Below the pieces are notes generated by a model. It saw only the letters and a program-made list of their open reading frames with translations, ran no database searches and had not been told where the DNA came from. Positions 7,548 to 15,765 of a stretch of DNA of 16,675 nucleotides are shown here, piece by piece. Position numbers and translations under genes: made by a program. This stretch comes from Candidatus Hermodarchaeota archaeon (GTDB taxonomy: Archaea; Asgardarchaeota; Lokiarchaeia; Sigyniarchaeales; SOKP01): the NCBI GenBank assembly GCA_048885535.1, contig JBHLLO010000038.1, positions 10,044-26,718 on the forward strand, written 5' to 3'. Numbering within the stretch: position 1 is the first letter of the stretch; each line of letters begins with the position of its first letter.

Positions 7548-9569
7548 TTAAAGATTTAACTTCCAAGTACAATATTCTTCGAAAAGGATACCCATATTAC
7601 TAATTCGATATAATTTTTTTCCTTTTTCCGTTTCATCTATTAAAAATTTAGCCTTATTTTGTTCTTTTATACTTCTTATCATCCTTATTACTCTCATGTG
7701 AGGGAAAAAGAAAGGAAAAAGTCTATTTTTCATTCCAATCTCATCAGGTGCCATCCAACCTTTGTTTTTTTCCATATAAAGATAGAGAGTATGTATAATT
7801 TTTATTTGTTCTTCATTTAACTGAAGAATAATTGATTCGAAATCTGTTTTTTCTTTCAAAAATCGTGTTGGTAATTCATTCTGATTAAATAGTTTTTCAT
7901 CTAGTAGATTTTCGTTATGAACATTAATAACTAGTTCAGTGACATCATATTCTTCTATGTTTTCTTTCCAATAATTAATATTTTCATTTAGACTAAACTT
8001 TATATTATTTTGAGCACAAGCTCCATAATATGGACAAAATAATATGCTATTTTCCGTAAATTTTTCTAATCTATAGATAAAACCCATCAGTTCCAAACGA
8101 GATAAAATTAAAGCTTCCTTTTGAAATGTTTTTTCATTAATAATGAAAAAACCGTTTGGTTTATCAATAGGTTTTTTTTCCATGAACTGAATTAAATTAT
8201 CAAAAATCAGTTTATCAATTTTTAATTCAAGCTCAGAAAAATAGTAATTCGATTTTTCCCCTTTTAATAGGGATTTAAAATAATCCTTATATAAAAATTC
8301 TTTAAAAACAAAACCTGAGGCTTCCCGAATTTTATCTACAGAGAGTTTGATTTTCATTTGTAAAGTCATTATAGTTTTCGGACGTGTAAGGATTATTCCT
8401 AATAATATAGGATTTCCCATTGTTAGAAAAAATAGTTCTTTAAAGAAAAGATTAAATTCATCAAAAATAATTGCTAGATTTTTTACCTCTCTAAATGTTT
8501 CAGGTGCAGCTATATTAAGTCGCTTAAAGACTATTCGAGTAATAAGTTCAATTCCTAATCGAACTTTTTCTTCATAAGTTTGTTTTAAATATAAGTTATA
8601 CCAATCTAAATAGATAACTTGATAATCTTGAATTGGCTTTAATGAACTAATATAGTACAAATCAGGATAACATGCAACACAAAAACATAAATCGTTAATA
8701 CTCCTAAATAAAGGTTCAATAAAACCATCAATGATAAATTTTTGATTAATAATAGAAATTTCTGAGAAATCATCTATTAAAAAGTGAATATAATTTAATG
8801 GCATCTCCTTAACTAACTTCAAATCATCAATAAGCTTTTTGCATACGCTTAAATTCACTAAATTCTTGAATTTTGCATCAAAGTGTTTCTTATTTTTTAT
8901 ATCTAATATAAGCTTTTCATTTTGGTCAGAAAAAGAAACTTTCTGAATGCTATTTTTAAATTTTGCATAAAAATCTTGTAAATCATCACTTTCTTCTAAG
9001 AAAATAGGTTTTGCTTTTTCTAACTTTCCTATCTGATTTTTAATTATATTTTCAATTTTTAAAAAAATAGAATTATTAATAGCACCAAGTTCGCGTAACT
9101 CATCATACGTGTTCTCAATTTGCCTAAGAAATTCAATATTCATGTTTTTAACCAAATTATTTAAATCTTCAGCATCATCTCCATCTAGAGAAGTCTTTTC
9201 AAGTACATTAAAGAAGAAAGTTCGTATATCAATATATACGGGTAGGACCATTTTTTCATCTTTTAGGTATTCTAAATCTTTTCTAATAAAAAAAGATTCA
9301 AGACATTCTATTTTTGCTCTTTTTAGTGTAGTAGTTTTTCCAGATCCACGTTTTCCTACTAAAAAATTAATTTTTCTATCAATTTTTGGATGAAAAAGTG
9401 CTTTAATACATGTATCATCTGGGATGATTGGTACATAAGTTTTCTTCTTCTTTACTAATTCATCATATGGTTCTCGTTCTACATTACTGTAACTTGCTAA
9501 CTCCTCGAAGCTTTGTATTATTTTTTCAATCTGTTTATCATTTAGATTAGCTAAAGACATTTCTTCCAC
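7548..9569 (-). CDS. P-loop NTPase, ORC/CDC6-like or STAND-like AAA+ type, with putative C-terminal wHTH
   Basis: Walker A FLVGKRGSGKTT (~9331-9365), strand LPVYIDIR, Walker B IHFLIDDFSE (~8760-8790), a GxP motif (MGNPI) and a C-terminal LNEEQIKIIHTL...MAPDEIG...LYRISNMG. Start is GTG at 9569 or ATG at 9560. Confidence 0.75.
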   Translation of the reverse strand: MEEMSLANLNDKQIEKIIQSFEELASYSNVEREPYDELVKKKKTYVPIIPDDTCIKALFHPKIDRKINFLVGKRGSGKTTTLKRAKIECLESFFIRKDLEYLKDEKMVLPVYIDIRTFFFNVLEKTSLDGDDAEDLNNLVKNMNIEFLRQIENTYDELRELGAINNSIFLKIENIIKNQIGKLEKAKPIFLEESDDLQDFYAKFKNSIQKVSFSDQNEKLILDIKNKKHFDAKFKNLVNLSVCKKLIDDLKLVKEMPLNYIHFLIDDFSEISIINQKFIIDGFIEPLFRSINDLCFCVACYPDLYYISSLKPIQDYQVIYLDWYNLYLKQTYEEKVRLGIELITRIVFKRLNIAAPETFREVKNLAIIFDEFNLFFKELFFLTMGNPILLGIILTRPKTIMTLQMKIKLSVDKIREASGFVFKEFLYKDYFKSLLKGEKSNYYFSELELKIDKLIFDNLIQFMEKKPIDKPNGFFIINEKTFQKEALILSRLELMGFIYRLEKFTENSILFCPYYGACAQNNIKFSLNENINYWKENIEEYDVTELVINVHNENLLDEKLFNQNELPTRFLKEKTDFESIILQLNEEQIKIIHTLYLYMEKNKGWMAPDEIGMKNRLFPFFFPHMRVIRMIRSIKEQNKAKFLIDETEKGKKLYRISNMGILFEEYCTWKLNL

Positions 9570-9697
9570 TTAATATTTCTAGTTGAATTTTAAATTAATA
9601 ATTCTAAAAAATCTATTAATTAATAGTATCTATGGTTAAATTAATATTTACAATAAAAAAAATTTTAATTATCTAAAATAAAAAAAAACAATAAAAA

Positions 9698-10096
9698 CTA
9701 TAATTCTGCCATTTTGAAATAAAGATCAATTTTATCTTTAAATTTATCAAAAAAAGATACATCGCCATCCCAATTACTTATATCTTCAAAACTAAACATA
9801 TCATCGAAAATATCTGCGATAATTCTACATATTTTTTGAATTTTTTTATCCTTTACTTCTATTGGTGATTTGCAAACAAGAATAGTACTATCTTGAACAC
9901 ATGTAGTAAAGGTATATTTATCATTTCCTACATTTAATGACTTAAGTTGTCCCTTTGATACCTCATTTACGAAAGTTTTTATAGCGGATATAAAGCTACC
10001 TAACATAGACTTATCTACACCACCAATTCTGGCAAAATCGATTATAGGTATCCCATCTTTAGAAAAAATCCAAATTTCATCAAGTAAGGATGGCAT
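9698..10096 (-). CDS. Stand-alone longin-like protein, Asgard type
   Basis: IWIFSKDGIPII, DKSMLGSFISAIKTF, LKSLNVGNDKYTF, ILVCKS, IADIFDDMF and WDGDVSFFDKF. Same architecture as 5183..5587. Confidence 0.7.
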   Translation of the reverse strand: MPSLLDEIWIFSKDGIPIIDFARIGGVDKSMLGSFISAIKTFVNEVSKGQLKSLNVGNDKYTFTTCVQDSTILVCKSPIEVKDKKIQKICRIIADIFDDMFSFEDISNWDGDVSFFDKFKDKIDLYFKMAEL

Positions 10097-10112
10097 ATTA
10101 ATTTTTTATTTT

Positions 10113-10454
10113 TTATTTTTCCTTTTTCGAAACAGGCTCCATTAAGATTGTTTTATAGGTTTTGAAACTAAGGTTAATAACAATTAGGACAAATAAAGCT
10201 CCAAAGATATAGACAATGGCAGTCATAATAGCTATAATTCCAGTATATGCATCTCCTAAGGATAAAAATACTATATTAAATACATACCCAAATAAAAACA
10301 ATATAATTAATATCTGTATTATTATCCATTTTCTGTTAATCTTAGAACCAGGAAATAACCCTTTTATTTTAGTAATAATATATAAACTAATTAGAAAAAA
10401 GGCTGCTCCAGCAATCGAACATACAAAACTAAAAATATAAATTATTGGATCCAT
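10113..10454 (-). CDS. Small 3-TM membrane protein
   Basis: Three hydrophobic segments (about aa 4-27, 43-65 and 73-96) with W...LFLFGY and IFGALFV motifs. Its stop is 16 nt upstream of the longin gene start. Confidence 0.75.
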   Translation of the reverse strand: MDPIIYIFSFVCSIAGAAFFLISLYIITKIKGLFPGSKINRKWIIIQILIILFLFGYVFNIVFLSLGDAYTGIIAIMTAIVYIFGALFVLIVINLSFKTYKTILMEPVSKKEK

Positions 10455-10590
10455 GAAGATTCTACTCTTATTTTAAGATTTTTCATTGATTATTTAATTA
10501 ATCTTTTTTCAAAATTTTAAATTTTTTTATCTTTAATTTCTAGGTAAGTTTGGAATATTATAGAATATAATATTGAGTTAATATATTAAC

Positions 10591-13431
10591 TTAAATACGA
10601 TTCTGCAAAAAATCAATTTTTTTCTGTAATATTTTTACCTTATTTGAATTATTCAATCCTAATTTTTTCAAAGTATCTTTTGACTGACTTGCGAATTTAA
10701 TAGATTTAGAATAATCATTTTTTATGTAATATACCCCCGCAATATTATTATAAAAATCTGCTTTAAGTTCAAGATTTTCAGATTCTATTGCTAGCTTTAA
10801 ACCGGCTTTAAAAAATTTTAAGGCTTCAGAATAATCTTCTAAAAAGAAAAAGGTCTTGCCAATATTATTAAGTTGAATTGATCTCATTTCGATATTATTT
10901 ATTAATTCAGATATTTGAAGTGCATCTTTATAACTTTCTAAAGCTTTAATATAATCTTTTTGATTGTAATGGATATTACCGATTTTATGAAGTAAGGACA
11001 TTTCTTCATCTAAATTACCAATTTGCTCATTTATACGAAAAGCGATATCGAATAATTTCAAAGCTTGACTATTATTTTGTAGTTTATAGTAACACGTTCC
11101 AAGATTGTTAAGACTAATTGTTCTAGTTTTTAAGTTGTTGATTTGGTTTAATATCCCATAAGAGATTTCAAAGAATTTTAGAGCTTTAGAGAAGTCTTCA
11201 TTTTTAAAATGAAGTATAGCAATATTATTAAGATAAATTGCTTTATTTTCTATATCTCCCAATTTTTCAGCAATTTCTACTGCCTCTTTGTATCTTTCTA
11301 ATGATTTTGTAAAATCACCTTTAAGTTCGTATATTTCTATAATGATATTAATAAAGTTTATTTGTCCAACCATATCGTTTAAGTTTTTACTTAATTCAAA
11401 ACCATTTTCAAGAAGAAATAATGCCTCATCAACTTTATTTAGCTTGAAATAAATTTTTCCGATCTTATATAAATAAAGAGATTTTTTTTCAAAATCATCA
11501 AACTCATCCGAAAGATTAAGTGCTTTTTGATACCACTTTAGAGCTTCATTATAATTATTTTGTTTAGTATATAATTTTCCGATGTTATTTATGCATAAAA
11601 TTTTTGCTTCAAAGTCGTCTAAATTGTAGGTTAGATTATAGGCATACTCAAATTTTTTTAGGGCTTCATTGTAATCTTCCTTTTCGAGATAAATTTTACC
11701 TATATTACTCAAAACAGAAATTTTGTGAGTAGAATTTTTGACCTTATCAAGTAAACCTAATGATTGTTCAAATTTTTCTAATGCTTTATTATATTTTTTT
11801 TGTGTAAAATAAACAATTCCAATTTTATTGAGGATTAAAGGCTTTAACTCGTTATCATTAACTTTTTCACAATATTTAAGTATATCATTATATTTATCCA
11901 GTGCATTATAATAGTCTTTTTGCTTAAGATAGAGTTCTCCAATTTCATTTTCAATTTCTATTATCTTCTTGACATTACCTAATTTTGCTTCAATTTTAAT
12001 CGCAGATTCGAACTTTTTTAAAGATTCTGGGAAAAAAGATTGCTTATTATACAAAAAACCTAATTTCACTAGCAAATCCGCAATTTTCCTCAAATTTCTT
12101 AACTTTTGATTAATTTCTAATTTTTCTTCATATGTTTTTATAGCTTCATTAAATTCTTTAAACTTTTCCTGAATTAAGCCAATTTTAGAGAGAAAGTAGA
12201 TCTTCTTAGTAATATCTCCATTATTGTCGGCTAATATATTGCCTTCTCTATAAAGTTCGAGAGCTTTTTCATAATTCTTAAATTCTTCCCAAATTAAACC
12301 AATATCAGAAATGAGGTTTAGTCTTAAGTTTGTCTGGTTTGGATTGTTAGTAATTCTAATAAGTTCCTCTCCACATCTTAAAGCTTCGTCAAACATTTCA
12401 TAATTAATATATATTTTAAAAGGAATGAATTTCTTAGTTATATAGTCTGGTTTTTGGATATTAGACTGCATCCATTGCATTAACTTTTTAGAAGAATCAT
12501 CTATTAAGTTAGGATGTTTAATGGTTAGAAAGCTTCTAAAAAAACTTGTAGTATTAACATTTAATCTATAAATTTTTGTATTTGGGTGATTATTCTTAAT
12601 TTCTAAAAGAAGTTTATCAATTTGATCATATTCTAACGTGATAAATTGTGGATTATTATCTAATGTATAAAAATCACTTTCAATTTGCCCTGAAGTATGG
12701 TTGATCCAAAAAATATTAAGTAGATCATCTACCTCATCTAACATAGGTAATATATCCAAATCATTCTGTCCAGAATAACCAATAACTATTAAAGAGCTTC
12801 CATTTAAAATGTCTGTTAAAATTTCCTTTTTAAAAGTTTCTATTTGGTAAAGTGATAACTTTTGCTTTATTTTCCCAAGTTTATGAATTGTGTTAATCAG
12901 AGAGGATTTTGTATTTTCACCAGTGATAATATTGTTAATTGAACCATGTAACTTATATACAAATAGCTTCCCCTTCTTTAATGCCTTTTTATAGCTTTCT
13001 ATTTGCGCATAATCTTTTTCTGTAATTAAAGGGACAACCATTTTTTTTGAAACATTAGATTGAATTAAAGCTTCTTCAATTAAAGAATCAAAATTCGTAG
13101 TCATAACAGAATGACCATTTCGAATCATCTCTGCAAGGAAAAAATGTAAATAATTGGGTTTTGTAGAGCTTGCATAAAAATCACTTACTTTCAAGTCTGG
13201 ATCTAATTCCTCCTGTATAATATATAAGATTTTTTCAAGTGTAAGGTTATGAATTGATAAAATTCTGTCGATTTCATATTTCTCACATAATAATTTAATA
13301 ACTTGCTGAAGGAATTCATTTCCATCAGGCAAATTGGATGGAGGATCCATAGAACACCCCGCACCAACAAGGAATACTAATTTTTCACCATTGCTTAATA
13401 GAGTTTTAATATTTTGAATGATCTCTTTCAT
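10591..13431 (-). CDS. SIR2-like (SIR2_2, putative NADase) domain fused to a long TPR array
   Basis: N-terminal LVFLVGAGCS, MTTNFD, YKLHGS and IVIGYSGQND. From about aa 330 to the end there are roughly 15 TPR-like units of ~40 aa (LNNIGxxYxxxxxYxxALxxFxxAL). Confidence 0.88.
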   Translation of the reverse strand: MKEIIQNIKTLLSNGEKLVFLVGAGCSMDPPSNLPDGNEFLQQVIKLLCEKYEIDRILSIHNLTLEKILYIIQEELDPDLKVSDFYASSTKPNYLHFFLAEMIRNGHSVMTTNFDSLIEEALIQSNVSKKMVVPLITEKDYAQIESYKKALKKGKLFVYKLHGSINNIITGENTKSSLINTIHKLGKIKQKLSLYQIETFKKEILTDILNGSSLIVIGYSGQNDLDILPMLDEVDDLLNIFWINHTSGQIESDFYTLDNNPQFITLEYDQIDKLLLEIKNNHPNTKIYRLNVNTTSFFRSFLTIKHPNLIDDSSKKLMQWMQSNIQKPDYITKKFIPFKIYINYEMFDEALRCGEELIRITNNPNQTNLRLNLISDIGLIWEEFKNYEKALELYREGNILADNNGDITKKIYFLSKIGLIQEKFKEFNEAIKTYEEKLEINQKLRNLRKIADLLVKLGFLYNKQSFFPESLKKFESAIKIEAKLGNVKKIIEIENEIGELYLKQKDYYNALDKYNDILKYCEKVNDNELKPLILNKIGIVYFTQKKYNKALEKFEQSLGLLDKVKNSTHKISVLSNIGKIYLEKEDYNEALKKFEYAYNLTYNLDDFEAKILCINNIGKLYTKQNNYNEALKWYQKALNLSDEFDDFEKKSLYLYKIGKIYFKLNKVDEALFLLENGFELSKNLNDMVGQINFINIIIEIYELKGDFTKSLERYKEAVEIAEKLGDIENKAIYLNNIAILHFKNEDFSKALKFFEISYGILNQINNLKTRTISLNNLGTCYYKLQNNSQALKLFDIAFRINEQIGNLDEEMSLLHKIGNIHYNQKDYIKALESYKDALQISELINNIEMRSIQLNNIGKTFFFLEDYSEALKFFKAGLKLAIESENLELKADFYNNIAGVYYIKNDYSKSIKFASQSKDTLKKLGLNNSNKVKILQKKIDFLQNRI

Positions 13432-13681
13432 TTTAATTGCGAAAATATCCGATTTTATAAATAATAAAATAACTTCTATAAATAATTTTCTTTCAAATTA
13501 CTGGTTTCCTTTAATCTGATATTTAAAACTAAAGTTGATTTCTATAAGCTAAGTCAATATTATATAGATGTTTTAATTTCAAGATTTTTTACAAAGATAT
13601 CCTTTTTTTTGTAAAAATATACGGTTTAAAAGTGTTTAAATATTTTATAGTACTAAAAAAGCGTTGGTTTAGTGATAATTA

Positions 13682-14488
13682 TTGAAAATTTTCGTCTGCA
13701 TTAAGCAAGTTCCTGGAATAAGTGAAGTAAAAATTGATCCCAAAACTAATACCTTAATTCGTTCTGGTATTCCTTCGATTGTAAATCCACATGATAAACA
13801 TGCACTTGAATTAGGTCTTGTAATAAGAGAAAGATACGGTGGGGAAGTGATAGCCATTAGTATGGGACCCCCACAAGCAGAAGAAGCATTGCGAGAGGCT
13901 TTATCCATGGGTGTTGATAAAGCATATCTATTAACAGATAAAGCTTTTGCAGGTGCGGATACCTTAGCAACTTCTCATACATTATCATTGGCCATAAAAA
14001 AGTTATTAAAAGGTTTAACTAAGGGAGAAAAATATATTGTAATATGTGGTACTCAGGCAATTGATGGAGATACTGCTCAAGTTGGTCCTGAGCTCGCAGA
14101 AGAGTTAGGCATCCCCCAAATTACTTATGTTTTAAGTTTTCAGTTAGAAGGAGACAAATTGATTGTAGAGCGAGCTTTTAGACCAGAAGAAGTTATACTA
14201 ATTGAAACAAAATTACCTGCATTGATTTCAGTACTTAAGGAAATTAATACCCCACGAAATCCAGGAATAAGAGGAATAGTAGATGCTTATGAAAAGAAGA
14301 AAGTAATTTTTTGGAATGCTGAAGATTTAGAAGCTAATCATGATGAGATTGGAATTGATGGCTCAATGACAGAGGTTTGGAAGATATTTATCCCTGAAAG
14401 AAAAGGAGAACACATAAAGCTTGAAGGTAGTTTCGAGGAGATGTCAAAACAACTAGTAAGTCATTTAAAGGATGATAAAGTCATTTAA
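13682..14488 (+). CDS. etfB: Electron transfer flavoprotein beta subunit
   Basis: MKIFVCIKQVP, NPHDKHALE, SMGPPQA, FAGADTLATS and GTQAIDGDTAQVGP. TTG start. Confidence 0.95.
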   Translation: MKIFVCIKQVPGISEVKIDPKTNTLIRSGIPSIVNPHDKHALELGLVIRERYGGEVIAISMGPPQAEEALREALSMGVDKAYLLTDKAFAGADTLATSHTLSLAIKKLLKGLTKGEKYIVICGTQAIDGDTAQVGPELAEELGIPQITYVLSFQLEGDKLIVERAFRPEEVILIETKLPALISVLKEINTPRNPGIRGIVDAYEKKKVIFWNAEDLEANHDEIGIDGSMTEVWKIFIPERKGEHIKLEGSFEEMSKQLVSHLKDDKVI

Positions 14489-14489
14489 G

Positions 14490-14494
14490 AGGAG
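14490..14494 (+). promoter_or_regulatory. Shine-Dalgarno (AGGAG) for etfA
   Basis: taagAGGAGaatttcATG, 6 nt before the ATG at 14501. Confidence 0.65.
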
Positions 14495-14500
14495 AATTTC

Positions 14501-15697
14501 ATGAGCATAGTTATTGATGATGAGAGGTGTACAGGCTGCGAATCTTGTGTAAATTCATGTCCATACGGTGGTATTGAGGTTATAAACAACAGGGCATTAA
14601 TTACAGAAGAATGTAACTTATGTGGAGCTTGCGTGGATATTTGCCCAGTTGATGCTATTATCATAGAACGTGAAAAATATATAGATAAAGTAGATAAAAG
14701 TCAGTTTAAAGGTGTTTGGGTAATTGCTGAACACTTTAAAAAGGAATTTAATAAAGTAGCTTTTCAACTTTTAGGAAAGGGGCGGGAATTGGCCGATATC
14801 TTGCATGTAAAATTAAGTTTAGTAGTTTTAGGAGACAAGATAGATAATCAATTACAGGAATTTGGTGAATTTGGAGCGGATGAAGTTATTTACGTGAAGT
14901 CAGCTATATTGAGGGATTATTACTCAGATTTGTACGTTAATATTTTAACAGATTTAATTAAACAATATAGACCTGAGATTATTTTAATAGGTGCGACTCC
15001 TACGGGAAGAGATTTTGCACCAAGAGTTGCTAAAAGGTTAAATGCTGGATTGACTGCTGATTGTACAGGGTTGAATATTGAAGAGGAGACAGGAAATTTG
15101 CTGCAAACTAGACCAACTTTTGGGGGAAATATTATGGCTACTATTAGAACCCCCACAAGTAGACCACAAATGGCTACTGTAAGACCAGGAATTTTCAAGG
15201 CTAGCAGAGAGTATCCAAAGCAAGTAAAGATTAATGTAATTGAAAAGGATTATAAAGAACAAGATAGTGTTGTAAAGATTATTAAAATAATTAGTAAAGA
15301 AAAAACACAAGTAAACTTAGAGGATGCTGATATTATAGTTGCTGGTGGAAGAGGTGTTGGATCAAAAGAAGGATTCAAATTAATTGAAGATTTAGCTGAA
15401 GAACTAGGAGCAGAATTAGCAGGTTCAAGAGTAACCATTGAATTGAATTGGTTGGGGCAAGATAGGCAGATTGGTCAAACAGGTAAAACAGTTTCTCCAA
15501 AATTATATATAGCTTGTGGAGTTTCAGGAGCTATCCAGCATTTAGTAGGAATGCAGAACTCTGAAATTATCGTTGCTATTAATAAGGATCCTAATGCTCC
15601 CATTTTTAGTGTAGCACATTATGGAATTGTTGCTGATTTACATAAAATTATTCCTATGCTTATAGAGGAAATCAAGAAAGTAAAAACTGAAGAATAA
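14501..15697 (+). CDS. etfA: Electron transfer flavoprotein alpha subunit with N-terminal 2x[4Fe-4S] ferredoxin domain
   Basis: CTGCESCVNSCP and CNLCGACVDICP, followed by ETF-alpha motifs GLTADCT, TRPTFGGN, QMATVRPG, QIGQTGKTVSP, GVSGAIQH and AINKDPNAPIF. Confidence 0.95.
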   Translation: MSIVIDDERCTGCESCVNSCPYGGIEVINNRALITEECNLCGACVDICPVDAIIIEREKYIDKVDKSQFKGVWVIAEHFKKEFNKVAFQLLGKGRELADILHVKLSLVVLGDKIDNQLQEFGEFGADEVIYVKSAILRDYYSDLYVNILTDLIKQYRPEIILIGATPTGRDFAPRVAKRLNAGLTADCTGLNIEEETGNLLQTRPTFGGNIMATIRTPTSRPQMATVRPGIFKASREYPKQVKINVIEKDYKEQDSVVKIIKIISKEKTQVNLEDADIIVAGGRGVGSKEGFKLIEDLAEELGAELAGSRVTIELNWLGQDRQIGQTGKTVSPKLYIACGVSGAIQHLVGMQNSEIIVAINKDPNAPIFSVAHYGIVADLHKIIPMLIEEIKKVKTEE

Positions 15698-15744
15698 AGC
15701 AATGTTAGATTTGGTTGTTTCTACTGTATTTTTATACAAAATTG

Positions 15745-15765
15745 AAAGTTGATTTTCAACTTTTT
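15745..15765 (+). terminator. Possible terminator hairpin downstream of etfA
   Basis: AAAGTTGA-ttt-TCAACTTT is an 8-bp perfect inverted repeat ending in a T-run, ~48 nt after the etfA stop. Confidence 0.3.

Noticed and set aside
7548-9569. Replication initiator (orc1/cdc6) with an adjacent origin
   Set aside because: The protein is much longer and more divergent than canonical Orc1/Cdc6, and no ORB-like G-string repeats are visible in the flanks.
10591-13431. Canonical sirtuin deacylase (CobB/Sir2)
   Set aside because: It lacks the GIPDFR and TQNID motifs and the Zn-binding Cys pairs. Its motifs fit the SIR2_2 NADase-like clade.
757-15438. Short alternative ORFs in the track (757..981, 1498..1773, 2725..2949, 3878..4084, 4701..4976, 5403..5615, 6928..7182, 8347..8577, 9109..9393, 10216..10440, 13669..13908, 14920..15198, 15038..15310, 15250..15438)
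   Set aside because: All lie antisense to longer, better-supported genes, mostly have the Ser/Phe/Ile-rich composition typical of shadow frames, and show no recognisable motifs.
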